Positions 47,694-59,620 of a stretch of DNA of 64,000 nt are shown piece by piece. The translations under genes and the position numbers were made by a program. Source of the stretch: Chloroflexota bacterium (lineage in GTDB: Bacteria; Chloroflexota; Anaerolineae; Anaerolineales; UBA4823). The stretch covers positions 594 through 64,593 of the forward strand of contig JAQBDA010000095.1 in NCBI GenBank assembly GCA_032124675.1, given 5' to 3'. Below the pieces are notes generated by a model. It had not been told where the DNA came from, ran no database searches, and worked only from the letters and a program-made list of their open reading frames with translations. How positions within the stretch are numbered: the first letter of the stretch is position 1; every line of letters begins with the position of its first letter.

Positions 47694-50177
47694 ATGGAAA
47701 TGGGAACTGTTCAACAGGTTGATATAGACGATCAGATGCGTTCAGCATACCTGGACTACGCGATGAGCGTGATCGTTGCCCGGGCGCTTCCGGATGTGCG
47801 CGATGGGCTGAAGCCGGTTCACCGGCGCATCCTGTATGCGATGTATGATATGGGGCTGCGCGCCAATACACCCTCGCGGAAATCCGCGCGTATCGTGGGA
47901 GAAGTTTTGGGTAAATATCACCCCCATGGTGATGCCGCAGTCTATGACACTATGGCGCGCCTGGCACAGGATTTCTCCATGCGCTATCTCCTGGTGAACG
48001 GGCAGGGCAACTTCGGCTCGATAGACGGTGATGCTCCCGCCGCGATGCGTTATACCGAAGCCCGGCTGACGCGACCGGCAGAGGAGCTCCTGGCGGATAT
48101 CGACAAGAACACGGTTGAATTTACGCCCAATTTCGACGACTCACTTAAAGAACCCACTGTCCTGCCGGCCAGACTGCCCAACCTGCTGTTGAACGGTGCC
48201 TCCGGGATCGCGGTCGGTATGGCGACCAATATCCCTCCCCACAACCTGAGCGAGCTGATTGCAGCGCTCACATTCCTGATCGACAATTACGACCGGGCGG
48301 ATGAGGTGACAGTCGAGGAGCTGATCAAGTTCGTGCCCGGTCCGGATTTTCCCACCGGAGGTGTGATCGTCGGTTCAGAGGGGATCCGCATGGCGTACAG
48401 CACGGGGCGTGGCCGGATTGTGCTGCGCGGGCTGGCGCATATAGAGGAGATGGCCGGAAATCGCTTCCGGATCGTTGTAACAGAGATCCCTTACCAGCTC
48501 AATAAATCCTCTCTCATCGAACGGATTGCGGAGCTGGCGCGTGAAGGCCGGCTGGACGATATCTCCGATCTCCGTGATGAGTCGGACCGGCGGGGGATGA
48601 GCATTATCATCGAGCTTAAACGTGGGGCGCAGCCCAAGCAAGTCCTCAACAAGCTGTTCAAATATACGGCCCTGCAGTCCACATTTGGCGTCCAAATGCT
48701 GGCGCTGGTGGATGGGGTGCCGCGCTTGTTATCCCTGCGGCGGGCGCTGCAGTATTATATCGAACACCGCCGGGAAGTGATCACTCGCCGTTCGCAGTAC
48801 GAATTGGAGAAAGCGCGCGCGCGCGCCCACATCCTGGAAGGGCTGATGATCGCCCTGGCCAACCTGGATGAAGTCATCCGCACCATCCGGGGGTCGGCAG
48901 ATGCGGAAAATGCCAAAGTGCAGCTGATGGCACGCTTCAAGCTCAGCGATCTGCAGGCACAGGCTATCCTGGATATGCAGCTGCGTCGCCTGGCTGCCCT
49001 GGAGCGGCAGAAGATCGAAGACGAACAGCGCCAGATCCTGGAAAAAATTGCCGGTCTCGAGGATCTGCTCGCCAGCTCTAGGAAAATCTTGGACGTGATC
49101 CGCTCGGACCTGGAAGAGATGGTCGGGAGCTACGGCGATGAGCGGCGCACATATATTGCCCATGATGCAAGCGAAGAGTTCGCCGAAGAGGACCTGGTTG
49201 CGGATGAAGCCGTCCTGGTCAGCATCACGCAGCGCGGCTATATTAAACGGGTGATGGCGAAGACCTACCGGTCTCAAGCGCGCGGCGGTCGTGGTGTACA
49301 AGGTCACGCCACGAAGAATGAGGATGAGGTAGTGATGCTGATCCCGGCCCGCACGCTGGACACTTTGCTGTTCTTCTCTGACCGGGGTAAGGTGTATTCT
49401 GAACGGACATACTTGATCCCTGACGCCGACCGCACCGGGCGCGGGATTCCCATTGTAAACGTGCTGGCGCTGAACTCGGGCGAGTCGATCACGGCAGTCG
49501 TGTCGGTGCCGGATTTTGCCGCTGCAGAATACTGCATGATGGTGACGCGCAAAGGGCGTGCCAAGCGGGTGGAATTATCCGAGTTTTCATCCGTGCGCCC
49601 GTCCGGGTTGATAGCCATCTCCTTGGCCGATCAGGATGAGTTGGGATGGGTGCGGCTGACACAGGGGGACAGCGAGGTGATCCTGGTCACTGAACAGGGC
49701 CAGGCAGTCCGCTTCGCTGAGGAAGAGGTGCGTTCTATGGGTCGTGTGGCCGCTGGAGTGATCGGCATCCGCTTGAAGAAGGGCGATTTCGTCACCGGTA
49801 TGGAAGTTGTCGAACCGGACGCCGATCTGCTGGTGGTGACCACACGCGGCTTTGGGAAGCGCACTCCGCTGGACGAGTATCCAACCAGATCGCGTGCCAC
49901 GAGCGGCGTGCAGACGATCGACAAAAAGGCCATGTCTATTGTAGGCGGCATAGCTGCCGCGCGGGTAGTTCAGGATGCCGATGAGCTTACCCTGATATCC
50001 GCGGTTGGTGTGGTGCTGCGAACAAAAGTAATGACGATCTCAAGATCGAGCCGCGCCACGCGCGGGGTTGTTTTGATGAATTTGCAGGAGAGAGATTCGG
50101 TAGCTTCCGTGGCGCGCATCTCGGCTGCAGATTTGCAGCGGGTTGGTGCGGCCGGGGATGAACAGGTAGAAGATTGA
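47694..50177 (+). CDS. gyrA: DNA gyrase subunit A
   Basis: [23 protein letters not shown] and the active-site region AAMRYTE. C-terminal beta-pinwheel repeats. Confidence 0.97.
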   Translation: MEMGTVQQVDIDDQMRSAYLDYAMSVIVARALPDVRDGLKPVHRRILYAMYDMGLRANTPSRKSARIVGEVLGKYHPHGDAAVYDTMARLAQDFSMRYLLVNGQGNFGSIDGDAPAAMRYTEARLTRPAEELLADIDKNTVEFTPNFDDSLKEPTVLPARLPNLLLNGASGIAVGMATNIPPHNLSELIAALTFLIDNYDRADEVTVEELIKFVPGPDFPTGGVIVGSEGIRMAYSTGRGRIVLRGLAHIEEMAGNRFRIVVTEIPYQLNKSSLIERIAELAREGRLDDISDLRDESDRRGMSIIIELKRGAQPKQVLNKLFKYTALQSTFGVQMLALVDGVPRLLSLRRALQYYIEHRREVITRRSQYELEKARARAHILEGLMIALANLDEVIRTIRGSADAENAKVQLMARFKLSDLQAQAILDMQLRRLAALERQKIEDEQRQILEKIAGLEDLLASSRKILDVIRSDLEEMVGSYGDERRTYIAHDASEEFAEEDLVADEAVLVSITQRGYIKRVMAKTYRSQARGGRGVQGHATKNEDEVVMLIPARTLDTLLFFSDRGKVYSERTYLIPDADRTGRGIPIVNVLALNSGESITAVVSVPDFAAAEYCMMVTRKGRAKRVELSEFSSVRPSGLIAISLADQDELGWVRLTQGDSEVILVTEQGQAVRFAEEEVRSMGRVAAGVIGIRLKKGDFVTGMEVVEPDADLLVVTTRGFGKRTPLDEYPTRSRATSGVQTIDKKAMSIVGGIAAARVVQDADELTLISAVGVVLRTKVMTISRSSRATRGVVLMNLQERDSVASVARISAADLQRVGAAGDEQVED

Positions 50178-50220
50178 GCGCGGTGCTGAAAGCGGGCAGT
50201 TAAATGCCATTAAATGCCAG

Positions 50221-50249
50221 CCGCCAGGTGACAGAATAACACCTGGCGG
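50221..50249. terminator. hairpin between convergent gyrA and the small ORF
   Basis: CCGCCAGGTG..CACCTGGCGG (10-bp stem). Only modestly U-rich flanks. Confidence 0.45.
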
Positions 50250-50256
50250 TCTGTAT

Positions 50257-50469
50257 TTATATGAACGGAAGGACGATTTTCTCGGTGACGATCAGGCAGA
50301 AAGCACTCAATACACAGGCAATCACCAGCAGCATCAGGGCGATAACAAAGCGCTGCACGGAAGTCATGCCTATGAAGGGACGCTTCTTTTGAAATGTCTC
50401 TGGCGTGTCGCTGTCTTCGAACTCGAAAATCATTGAGCTGTCGGAGTCATCGCGAAAATCATCCAGCAT
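50257..50469 (-). CDS. small acidic-N-terminus, single-TM protein (hypothetical)
   Basis: 70 aa. GGGAG lies 7 nt before the ATG. One clear TM helix. Sits downstream of birA on the same strand. Confidence 0.5.
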   Translation of the reverse strand: MLDDFRDDSDSSMIFEFEDSDTPETFQKKRPFIGMTSVQRFVIALMLLVIACVLSAFCLIVTEKIVLPFI

Positions 50470-50558
50470 ATCTGTTCTCCCGGGTTCTGGTCTAAAGGCT
50501 GCCGTCTATCCACTGGCGATCATTACTGGGAGGAATGATCTACCTCAACGGCTCTCAT

Positions 50559-51425
50559 TTACGTGCGTGTGCCATCCACCTGCCGCATTCGGATCTCTCC
50601 AAACCGGACAGGTACGATCTCTCCTGAACCCAGGCGCAGGCGCAGGGAGCCATCCGGATTGATGCCTGCCACCTGCCCCTCCTGGACCGGCACTGTATCC
50701 TCAGTTGCCCCGGTCTCAGCCAGCACCACCACCCATTCACCACGGAATGCAAGCCGACCAAGCCAGGCGTGCAAGAACTCTTCCGCTGCTATTTGCCCTT
50801 TCCAGTGCAAGAAATTTGCCAGCAGGCTGTTGAGCAGTGCCCATCGATCGACCGGGTTCCCGATGATCTCATCCAGGCAGGTGGCGGGGAAGCTGAGTTC
50901 ATCCGGCGGTGGCACCGATTGGGGCGTAACGTTAATGCCGATACCCAGGATGGCAGCACTCAATTGGCTGCCTGACCACTGCAGCTCGACCAGCACGCCT
51001 GCCACTTTGCGGCGGGTGGCGATCACATCGTTGGGCCACTTAATCTGTGCAGGCAGCATCGGCGGCAGGGCCTGGTTCAGGGTCTCACATACTGCCAGAG
51101 CGCCCAGAGCTGTAAGCCGGGTAAGTGCAGTATGACTGTTGCCCTGCGATAGTCCATCCAGCGAATCAGATGCGATCTCTAAAGGCAGGCCTTCTGGGCG
51201 CAGCACCAGGCTGAATGCCAGTCCTGTGCCCGGCGGAGTAAACCACTGCCGGTCCAGGCGACCGCGCCCCGCGGTCTGTTCATCAGCAACCACTACGGAG
51301 AGATCGGGAGCCCCGGCAGCAGCCCAGCGGATCGCCAGGTCGTTGGTTGAGCTGACTATGCCGTAGTAGCGTACCGGACCGAGAGGCAGGTCAGCGAGCA
51401 GGTTTTCAAGGCTGTGCTGGTCCAT
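50559..51425 (-). CDS. birA: biotin--[acetyl-CoA-carboxylase] ligase (no HTH domain)
   Basis: GRGRLDRQW biotin/ATP loop motif. Confidence 0.88.
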   Translation of the reverse strand: MDQHSLENLLADLPLGPVRYYGIVSSTNDLAIRWAAAGAPDLSVVVADEQTAGRGRLDRQWFTPPGTGLAFSLVLRPEGLPLEIASDSLDGLSQGNSHTALTRLTALGALAVCETLNQALPPMLPAQIKWPNDVIATRRKVAGVLVELQWSGSQLSAAILGIGINVTPQSVPPPDELSFPATCLDEIIGNPVDRWALLNSLLANFLHWKGQIAAEEFLHAWLGRLAFRGEWVVVLAETGATEDTVPVQEGQVAGINPDGSLRLRLGSGEIVPVRFGEIRMRQVDGTRT

Positions 51426-51455
51426 GGTATGGATTCTACCGCAGAAATCTAATCC

Positions 51456-51484
51456 TGGACGAATCCTGCCCTACGTGATATACT
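51456..51484 (+). promoter_or_regulatory. candidate rpsB promoter
   Basis: TGGACG-N17-TATACT, with hairpins CTCCCGCC/GGCGGGAG and CCCCC/GGGGG in the leader. Confidence 0.3.
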
Positions 51485-51634
51485 ACTCCCGCTCCCGCCC
51501 CAGGCGGGAGAGTTTGTGCCCCCGCTTTGGGGGTTATCCTATCTCACACGCTTCCCGACCTGAATGGGCGTGCCTTGGCCGAGGTACCGGACGGGAGAGA
51601 CGGAAGCGGAGGCTTAACGCAAGGAGTGTGTACA

Positions 51635-52729
51635 ATGGCTGTTATATCTATGAAAGCGCTTCTGGAGAGCGGCGTGCACTTTGGACATCGCACGTACAAG
51701 TGGCACCCCGCGATGAAGCCCTATATCTTCACCGAACGCAATAGCATCCATATTATCGACCTGCAGAAAACGGTCAAGTCGCTGGAACAGGCTTACAATG
51801 TCGTCCGCGATACCGTCGCAGATGGCGGCACGGTGCTTATTGTTGGCACCAAACGCCAGGCTCAGGAAACGGTCATGACCGAAGCCATGCGCTGCGGCAT
51901 GCCGTACGTGACTCACCGTTGGCTGGGTGGTATGCTGACCAACTGGCGCACCATTCGCCAGCGCATCAATGAGCTCGAACGTCTCGAGCGGATGCGCGAC
52001 CAGGGGGATTTCGAGCGCATCACCAAAAAAGAAGCCCTGCTGTATTCACGCCAGATCGAGCGCCTGGAGATGCTTTTGGGTGGCATCCGCAGTATGATCA
52101 CCGTTCCCGAACTGCTGTTTGTCGTCGATGTGCGCCGTGAAGACACAGCCATCCACGAAGCCAACCTGCTGAATATCCCGGTGATTGCCATGGTGGATAC
52201 CAACTGCGACCCTTCCAAGGTGGATTATGTCATCCCTTCCAACGATGACGCCATCCGCGCTATCAAGCTGCTGGTGGGTAAGATCGCCGATGCAGTTATG
52301 GAAGGGGTAGCCATGCGTAAAGAGGAAGTCATCGAGTCCATGCCAGAGCAAATGCACGCCTTTGCCGACGAGCCAGAGCTATCTGATGAGGACCTGCTGG
52401 GCGCGGCTACACTGGCCAAGCTGGCACCGAAACCGTCCCTCTCGTCCGAAGATGAGGATGAAGAACCCTCCGAAGGCGAGGTTGAGGAAGAAGATGTAGA
52501 TGAAGAGCCGGATGTGGAAGAAGAGGAAGAAGCCGTAGACGAAGAAGCTGAGGAAGACGACGAAGAAGACGAAGCTGAAGAAGAAGAAGCAGCTGAGGAA
52601 GAAGACGAAGACGACGAAGCTGAAGAAGACGAAGACGACGACGAGTACGATGATTATGAAGACGTCGAGAACGATGAGGACGATAAAGATTACGACGACG
52701 ATGACGACGATGATGAGGACGAGGATTAG
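51635..52729 (+). CDS. rpsB: 30S ribosomal protein S2 with long poly-acidic C-terminal extension
   Basis: [12 protein letters not shown] start region. AAGGAG lies 8 nt before ATG 51635. The last 93 residues are mostly D/E. Confidence 0.93.
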   Translation: MAVISMKALLESGVHFGHRTYKWHPAMKPYIFTERNSIHIIDLQKTVKSLEQAYNVVRDTVADGGTVLIVGTKRQAQETVMTEAMRCGMPYVTHRWLGGMLTNWRTIRQRINELERLERMRDQGDFERITKKEALLYSRQIERLEMLLGGIRSMITVPELLFVVDVRREDTAIHEANLLNIPVIAMVDTNCDPSKVDYVIPSNDDAIRAIKLLVGKIADAVMEGVAMRKEEVIESMPEQMHAFADEPELSDEDLLGAATLAKLAPKPSLSSEDEDEEPSEGEVEEEDVDEEPDVEEEEEAVDEEAEEDDEEDEAEEEEAAEEEDEDDEAEEDEDDDEYDDYEDVENDEDDKDYDDDDDDDEDED

Positions 52730-52731
52730 GC

Positions 52732-53346
52732 ATGGCAGCGACAATTGAACAGATCAAACAGCTCCGCGAGGCAACCGGTGCCGGGATTATGGACAGCCGC
52801 AAAGCTTTGGATCAGGCAGGTGGGGACTTCGATAAAGCGATGGAATACCTGCGTGAAAAAGGGATGGCGATGGCTGCCGAGCGTTCCGACCGAGAAGCAT
52901 CCGAGGGTATGCTAGAACTGTACTCGCACGGCAACGGGCGTGTGGGCGTGATGGTGGAAGTGAACTGCGAGACAGATTTCGTCGCCCGCTCGGAAGCTTT
53001 CCGCACCTTTGCACATGAAATTGCGCTCCATATAGCGGCATCAGAACCTGCTTTCGTCAGCGAGAGCGATATTCCGGCGGACGTTCTGGAAAATGAGCGC
53101 AGCGCTGCTCTTGCGCTCGCCAGAGAAGAGGGCAAACCCGCTGAAATCGCAGAGCGCATCGTCGAAGGCAAACTGAAAAAGTTCATAAATGATAGTTGTC
53201 TGCTGCGGCAGATGTATATCCGGGACGATACGATCACCGTGGAGGAACTGCTGATGCAGAACATCGCCGCAATTGGCGAAAATATCGTCATCCGCCGCTT
53301 CGTCCGGTGGGAACTTGGTGAGAGTTCAGCTTCACCGGAACAATAA
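52732..53346 (+). CDS. tsf: elongation factor Ts (short form)
   Basis: IKQLREATGAGIMD..KAL UBA-like N-terminus. Starts 2 nt after the rpsB stop. Confidence 0.93.
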   Translation: MAATIEQIKQLREATGAGIMDSRKALDQAGGDFDKAMEYLREKGMAMAAERSDREASEGMLELYSHGNGRVGVMVEVNCETDFVARSEAFRTFAHEIALHIAASEPAFVSESDIPADVLENERSAALALAREEGKPAEIAERIVEGKLKKFINDSCLLRQMYIRDDTITVEELLMQNIAAIGENIVIRRFVRWELGESSASPEQ

Positions 53347-54144
<798 letters not shown>

Positions 54145-54212
54145 AAAACCCCCTTTTCTAGACCTGAATTTTAGAGTATCCTATATAGGATGAATAATCT
54201 ACGGAGGCCGCG

Positions 54213-54770
54213 ATGCTGAAAGATGTCTACAAAGAAGCGGAAGCCCGAATGAAAGGGGCTATCCAGGCGCTGGAAGAGGACTTATCCGGCATCCGTACTG
54301 GTCGTGCCAGCCCGGCATTGATCGACCGGATGCAGGTAGAATACTACGGAGCATCCTCACCCCTGATCCAGTTAGCCACGATCAGCGTGCCTGAAGCGCG
54401 CACTCTCCTGATCCGGCCCTTTGATGCCACATCGCTGAAAGCGATCGAGCGGGCGATCCTGGCCTCGGACCTGGGTCTCACACCCAACAATGATGGCAAG
54501 GCCATCCGTCTGAACCTGCCCCCGCTAACCGAGGAACGCCGCCGGGAGCTGGTCAAAGTGGTGCACAACCGGGTGGAAGAGGCACGCGTGGCGGTGCGCA
54601 ATGTGCGCCGGGACAGCATTCGGGATTTACGCGAGTTCATGCAGGAAAAGATGATCTCCGAAGATGATCTAAAACGCGGCGAAGAAGAGCTGCAGAAGAT
54701 AACTGACCAGCATGTCGAAGAGATCAATGCCGTTGGCGATAGAAAAGAGAAAGAGATACTCGAAGTCTGA
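54213..54770 (+). CDS. frr: ribosome recycling factor
   Basis: 185 aa with typical Frr sequence (IRTGRASPALID, NLPPLTEERR). Confidence 0.95.
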   Translation: MLKDVYKEAEARMKGAIQALEEDLSGIRTGRASPALIDRMQVEYYGASSPLIQLATISVPEARTLLIRPFDATSLKAIERAILASDLGLTPNNDGKAIRLNLPPLTEERRRELVKVVHNRVEEARVAVRNVRRDSIRDLREFMQEKMISEDDLKRGEEELQKITDQHVEEINAVGDRKEKEILEV

Positions 54771-54790
54771 GTTTATACTCCTGGTAGATT

Positions 54791-55540
54791 ATGGATTCTG
54801 AACGCACGCAGGATTTGCCTGAAAAGGTCCCTACTCATGTAGCGATAATAATGGATGGCAACGGTCGCTGGGCGCTGTCCAGGGGGCTGCCGCGCCTGGC
54901 TGGTCACCGCGCCGGTACAGATAACCTGCGCCGTGTGATCGAAGCCTGCGTTGAGTTCGGTATCTCCTACCTGACCATTTATGCATTTTCAACAGAGAAC
55001 TGGGGTCGACCGGTGGAAGAAGTCCAGGGATTGATGCGTATCCTGGAGGATGTGATCGACCGAGAGCTCGAAGAACTCCATGAGCAGGGGGTGCAGCTGC
55101 ACCATATCGGCCGGTTGGATCGCCTCAACCCCGTCCTGCGCAGTAAAGTCATCCAGGCTGTTGAGCTAACGAAAAATAATACCCAGCTGGTGCTGAATGT
55201 GGCATTCAATTACGGCGGTCGGGACGAGATCGTGTGTGCCATCCAGCATATTATTGAAGATGGCGTCCAGCCTGAGAATGTGACCGACGAGATCGTGAGC
55301 CGCTATCTCTACACTGCCGGAGTGCCCGACCCGGACCTGATCATCCGCACCTCCGGCGAGCTGCGCGGGAGCAATTTCCTGATCTGGCAGGGCGCTTATT
55401 CCGAGTGGTATTTCACACCGACTTATTGGCCAGATTTCGACCACGATGAACTGCTGAAGGCTGTACAGGAGTTTGCCCACCGCCAGCGACGCTATGGAGG
55501 CGTGCCGGTCACCGAAGGTACATCCGGGCATGCTGGCTAA
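54791..55540 (+). CDS. uppS: isoprenyl transferase / undecaprenyl diphosphate synthase
   Basis: [13 protein letters not shown], and RTSGE.R.SNFL.WQ. Confidence 0.95.
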   Translation: MDSERTQDLPEKVPTHVAIIMDGNGRWALSRGLPRLAGHRAGTDNLRRVIEACVEFGISYLTIYAFSTENWGRPVEEVQGLMRILEDVIDRELEELHEQGVQLHHIGRLDRLNPVLRSKVIQAVELTKNNTQLVLNVAFNYGGRDEIVCAIQHIIEDGVQPENVTDEIVSRYLYTAGVPDPDLIIRTSGELRGSNFLIWQGAYSEWYFTPTYWPDFDHDELLKAVQEFAHRQRRYGGVPVTEGTSGHAG

Positions 55541-56348
55541 ACGTGTCCTGGTAGTAGTCATCCTGCTCCCCATCGGGCTGGTAGTGATCTGGCTCGGGGG
55601 TCTGGCATTCGCGGTAATGGTAGCGTTGATCCTGGGCCTGGCAGCCTGGGAATATGTAAACTTGTTTCGCGCCGGTGGGCTGCAGCCCGCCGGTGTTCTG
55701 GTTGTGCTGGGGACGCTGGGGTTAGCGGCCGGCAGGGCGTACTCGGGGTTCAGCAGCGCTTCGTGGATCATCAGCCTGGTGGTCCTGCTCAGCATGGCAT
55801 ACCATCTGGTGGCTTACGAGCGCGGCCGCGATCAGGCTGGCACGGATTTCGGTATCACCTTAGGCGGTGTGCTATACCTGGGTTGGATCGGGAGCTACTT
55901 GATCTCGCTGCGCGAGCTTCCGGAAGGAGTCTGGTGGGTGCTGTTAGCGCTGCCCTCCGTCTGGCTGGCCGATTCAGGCGCTTATTTCATCGGGCGCGCA
56001 TTTGGTCGCCGCAAGCTCAGCCCGCGCCTCAGCCCTAAAAAAACCTGGGAAGGCTATCTGGGCGGGGTGCTGGTGGGTACCCTGGGCAGCGCTTTGCTGG
56101 CCTATATCTGGTCATTTTGGACGGGACCGGGCTCGCATATCACCCCGCTCAGCGGTGCTTTGATGGGGCTGGTGCTGAGTGTCATCACTCCGCTAGGTGA
56201 CCTGGGGGAGAGCATGATCAAGCGTCAGGTTGGGGTGAAAGATTCCGGGACCTTACTCCCGGGGCATGGGGGAGTTTTCGACCGCATCGACTCCTGGCTG
56301 TGGGCTGGTGTCATCGGTTATTACCTGGTGGTGTGGTTCTTCATCTAA
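55530..56348 (+). CDS. cdsA: phosphatidate cytidylyltransferase
   Basis: Multi-TM protein. SPKKTWEG and GHGG.FDR.DS signature. ATG 55530 overlaps the uppS 3' end by 11 nt. Confidence 0.9.
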   Translation: MLAKRVLVVVILLPIGLVVIWLGGLAFAVMVALILGLAAWEYVNLFRAGGLQPAGVLVVLGTLGLAAGRAYSGFSSASWIISLVVLLSMAYHLVAYERGRDQAGTDFGITLGGVLYLGWIGSYLISLRELPEGVWWVLLALPSVWLADSGAYFIGRAFGRRKLSPRLSPKKTWEGYLGGVLVGTLGSALLAYIWSFWTGPGSHITPLSGALMGLVLSVITPLGDLGESMIKRQVGVKDSGTLLPGHGGVFDRIDSWLWAGVIGYYLVVWFFI

Positions 56349-56418
56349 GCCTGCGCTGATTGACATCGTTTTCATCTCGTGGTATCATCCCCGCACAATT
56401 TCAAAGCCCTAAACGGCG

Positions 56419-56588
<170 letters not shown>

Positions 56589-56611
56589 GGTTCTTGCAGC
56601 CAGTCTTTATG

Positions 56612-56642
56612 CCCTTTCTGCCAGCCGGAGAGGGTATTTTTT
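56612..56642 (+). terminator. riboswitch expression-platform terminator
   Basis: CCCTTTC..GAGAGGG stem (one G-U pair) followed by TATTTTTT, just before the metK RBS GGAGG. Confidence 0.75.
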
Positions 56643-56657
56643 ATCAGTGGAGGAAAT

Positions 56658-57899
56658 ATGAGCAATACGTTTATGACTTCGCCTAGCCTGCTGTTCACGT
56701 CCGAATCGGTAACGGAAGGGCATCCCGATAAGATCTGCGATCAGATCAGTGATGCTGTGCTGGACGCCTGCCTGGAGCAGGACCCCGGTTCCCGTGTGGC
56801 TTGTGAAACAGCCACCAAGACCGGGTTTGTCATGCTGATGGGTGAGATCACCACGCGTGCCAGCATCAATTATGATGAGCTGGCACGACGTGTGATTAAC
56901 GAGATCGGCTATGACAGCAGCGAGAAAGGTATGGATGGCAGCAGCTGCGGTATCCTGATGGCGATTGCCCGCCAGTCTAGCGATATTGCCCTGGGAGTCG
57001 ATAAGGCGCTGGAAGCCAAGACCGGCGAGATGAGCGACGCTGAGGTCGAGTCGATCGGAGCAGGCGACCAGGGGATGATGTTCGGTTATGCCTGCAATGA
57101 AACACCCAGCCTGATGCCTATGCCGATCTACCTGGCGCATAAACTGGCTTTGCGGCTGACCGAGGTTCGCAAGGATGGTACGCTGCCCTGGCTGCGCCCG
57201 GATGGCAAGACGCAGGTCACGGTGGAGTACAGCTACGGGCGTCCGGTGCGGGTTGCTACGGTGCTGGTCAGCACCCAGCACGCGCCGGAGATCAGCCAGG
57301 AAGAGATCCGCGCCGCGCTGATCGAGCATGTCATCGACCCGATCGTGCCGGCTGAATTGCTCAACGGCAGCCCGAAGATCTATGTCAACCCGACCGGGCG
57401 TTTCGTGATCGGCGGACCGCAGGGAGATTCGGGGCTGACCGGGCGCAAAATTATCGTTGACACGTATGGGGGCATGGGCCGCCATGGTGGCGGCTGTTTC
57501 AGTGGCAAAGACCCAACGAAAGTGGACCGCTCGGCAGCTTATGCAGCCCGCTGGGCAGCCAAGAACGTGGTCGCTGCTGGGCTGGCGGAGCGCTGCGAGA
57601 TCCAGGTAGCGTACGCTATCGGTGTCGCGCACCCGTTGAGCGTCAACGTGGAGACTTTTGGTACCGGCAGCATCCCGGATGAGCAGATCGCCGCGCTGGT
57701 GCTTGAGCATTTCGACCTGCGCCCGGGGGCCATCATCCGTGACCTGGACCTGCGCCGCCCGATCTACCGTCAGGTGGCAGCCTACGGGCATTTCGGTCGC
57801 GACGACCTGGACCTGCCCTGGGAGCGCACCGACAAAGCCGCGCTGCTGCGAGAGGCTGCCAGTGTGAACGAGACAGCAGCCGTCTCCCTGGAAGGTTAA
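56658..57899 (+). CDS. metK: S-adenosylmethionine synthase
   Basis: [26 protein letters not shown], and [16 protein letters not shown]. Confidence 0.97.
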   Translation: MSNTFMTSPSLLFTSESVTEGHPDKICDQISDAVLDACLEQDPGSRVACETATKTGFVMLMGEITTRASINYDELARRVINEIGYDSSEKGMDGSSCGILMAIARQSSDIALGVDKALEAKTGEMSDAEVESIGAGDQGMMFGYACNETPSLMPMPIYLAHKLALRLTEVRKDGTLPWLRPDGKTQVTVEYSYGRPVRVATVLVSTQHAPEISQEEIRAALIEHVIDPIVPAELLNGSPKIYVNPTGRFVIGGPQGDSGLTGRKIIVDTYGGMGRHGGGCFSGKDPTKVDRSAAYAARWAAKNVVAAGLAERCEIQVAYAIGVAHPLSVNVETFGTGSIPDEQIAALVLEHFDLRPGAIIRDLDLRRPIYRQVAAYGHFGRDDLDLPWERTDKAALLREAASVNETAAVSLEG

Positions 57900-57965
57900 G
57901 TCGTCAACAAGCCTTTTCTGGAATACAGATTTAATAACTGATGCTACGCAGTTCCTGGGGAAATT

Positions 57966-58004
57966 GGGGGTGTTTGGGCGTGCATCGCCCGCCCAAACAC
58001 CCCC
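57966..58004. repeat. 15-bp-stem perfect hairpin
   Basis: GGGGGTGTTTGGGCG-N9-CGCCCAAACACCCCC. Shares a GGTGTTT..AAACACC core with the palindrome at 47370-47407. Confidence 0.85.
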
Positions 58005-58041
58005 ACCACCCCGCCTAGTGCGTAACGTTTATTGATAATAA

Positions 58042-58068
58042 AACAGGCGGCTGCAGCCGCTTGTTTTT
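58042..58068. terminator. bidirectional terminator between metK and cbiO
   Basis: AAACAGGCGGC-TGCA-GCCGCTTGTTT with T-rich runs on both strands. Confidence 0.7.
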
Positions 58069-58084
58069 GTCTGGGGAGATGATT

Positions 58085-58795
58085 TTAGGGTCGCTCGAGA
58101 CCATGCCTCTCCAGCAGGGCTGCATCGTTCATCAGCTCGCGGGTCGGCCCATCTGCCACGATGCGCCCCTCGTCCATGATCACCATGCGCGGGAAGAGCT
58201 CGCGCACCATCAGCATGTCGTGGGAGGAGACCAGCATGGTCAGCGGCAGCTCATCCAGCAGATTGATCAGCGAACGCCTGGCGCGTGGGTCCATGCCGGC
58301 GGTCGGCTCATCCAGCACCAGCACCTCCGGCTTCATCGACAGCACCGTAGCGATAGAGATGCGCTTCTTCTCACCTACGCTCAGGTGGTGCGATACTCGG
58401 TCGGTATAGTTCCCCATGCGCACCGCTTTCAGCGCCTCGCTTACCCGCAGCTGGACTTCATCAGGGGGCAGACCCTGGTACAGCGGTCCAAATGCCACAT
58501 CTTCATATACCGTAGGAGAAAACAGCTGGTCGTCCGGGTTTTGGAATACCAGCCCGACCATCGCCCGTATTCGCCCCAGATGTTTCTGGTTTACATCCAA
58601 TCCGCATACCTGCACGCATCCATTTCCGAGCAAGATACCGTTCAAATGCAGGATAAGAGTGGATTTTCCAGCCCCATTCGGTCCGACCAGAGCTACCTTT
58701 TCACAGGGCTCAATTTTTAATGAGACGTCCTCTAGCGCTTTGTGACCATCCGGGTAAGCGAAAGACAGGTCTTGGATTTCAATCGAGTGATGCAT
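58085..58795 (-). CDS. cbiO: ECF/cobalt-type ABC transporter ATPase
   Basis: GPNGAGKST, LSVGEKKR and LVLDEPTAG. Confidence 0.88.
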   Translation of the reverse strand: MHHSIEIQDLSFAYPDGHKALEDVSLKIEPCEKVALVGPNGAGKSTLILHLNGILLGNGCVQVCGLDVNQKHLGRIRAMVGLVFQNPDDQLFSPTVYEDVAFGPLYQGLPPDEVQLRVSEALKAVRMGNYTDRVSHHLSVGEKKRISIATVLSMKPEVLVLDEPTAGMDPRARRSLINLLDELPLTMLVSSHDMLMVRELFPRMVIMDEGRIVADGPTRELMNDAALLERHGLERP

Positions 58796-58812
58796 TTATT
58801 CCTTAAAACCTT

Positions 58813-59613
58813 TTAAAGCAGGAGTGATAACAGCAGTAATAGCAGTAAAAATAACAAGCTGGCAGCAAGGATAACGATCTGAGAGCCCGTAAGCTCGGGC
58901 AAAGGCAGGGAGCGTATCTCCCCGTCGTAGCCGCGTGACAGCATTGCCATATAGATACGATCGCTGCGTTCGAAAGCGCGCAGGAATAGGTTGCCCGCCA
59001 TGCCGCCGGTCACCCGCGCCCGCCAGGCGAGGCTGCCACCGGACCTTGCACCAGGCGTGTCCGTCTCGCCGCTGCGGGCGGTGCGGGCGCGGTTCAGACG
59101 CAGGGTTTCATCAGCCAGGATGAACAGGTAGCGCCACATCAGGCTGAAGATTGAGACCAGCAGGCGCGGGATGTGGATGGCGCGCATGGCTGTCAACAGG
59201 TCGGGAAACGGCGTGCTGGCTGCCAGGACGATTGCGGCCTGCACAGAAATCCACGATTTTAGAGCGATGCTGGTAAACCGCTCCACGCCTGCTGCGGAGA
59301 TGGTTAAGGTCCACTGCCCGATAGGAATATCCACAAGGCTGGCTCCTGGAGCGGTAAAGACGATCGGAAATGCTGCCAGCACGAAAGGAAATGCCAGCAG
59401 TGCCCGCTTCCATACGTAGCCAACGCCCAGGTCCGAGAGCAGTATGACAGAGATGATGATTGCCAGTAGAAGAATGTACACCGGCCATGCCCCGGCTGGC
59501 ACCAGGGCGGTGGTAAAGATGAACGCCAATGCCATCACTAGCTTGACCCGCGGATCGAGCTGGTGGATCAGGCTGCGGCGCGGCCGGTAGGGGTCCAGGA
59601 AATGGACGTGCAT
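58813..59613 (-). CDS. cbiQ: ECF transporter transmembrane (T) component
   Basis: Multi-TM protein with CbiQ-like ARxxRG motifs (RARTARSG). Confidence 0.8.
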   Translation of the reverse strand: MHVHFLDPYRPRRSLIHQLDPRVKLVMALAFIFTTALVPAGAWPVYILLLAIIISVILLSDLGVGYVWKRALLAFPFVLAAFPIVFTAPGASLVDIPIGQWTLTISAAGVERFTSIALKSWISVQAAIVLAASTPFPDLLTAMRAIHIPRLLVSIFSLMWRYLFILADETLRLNRARTARSGETDTPGARSGGSLAWRARVTGGMAGNLFLRAFERSDRIYMAMLSRGYDGEIRSLPLPELTGSQIVILAASLLFLLLLLLLSLLL

Positions 59614-59620
59614 GGTTTGC

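Noticed and set aside
51527-51634. N-terminal extension of rpsB
   Set aside because: The conserved S2 N-terminus ([18 protein letters not shown]) starts at 51635 with AAGGAG 8 nt upstream. The extension has no homology-like features.
52379-52802. Two antisense ORFs (121 and 131 aa) opposite the S2 acidic tail
   Set aside because: They are low-complexity mirror translations (poly-F/V/L or poly-R/L) of the GAN-codon tract, not genes.
56607-57791. 394-aa ORF antisense to metK
   Set aside because: Same reasoning as for the clpB antisense ORF. metK on the plus strand is unambiguous, and the antisense translation has no recognisable motif or RBS.
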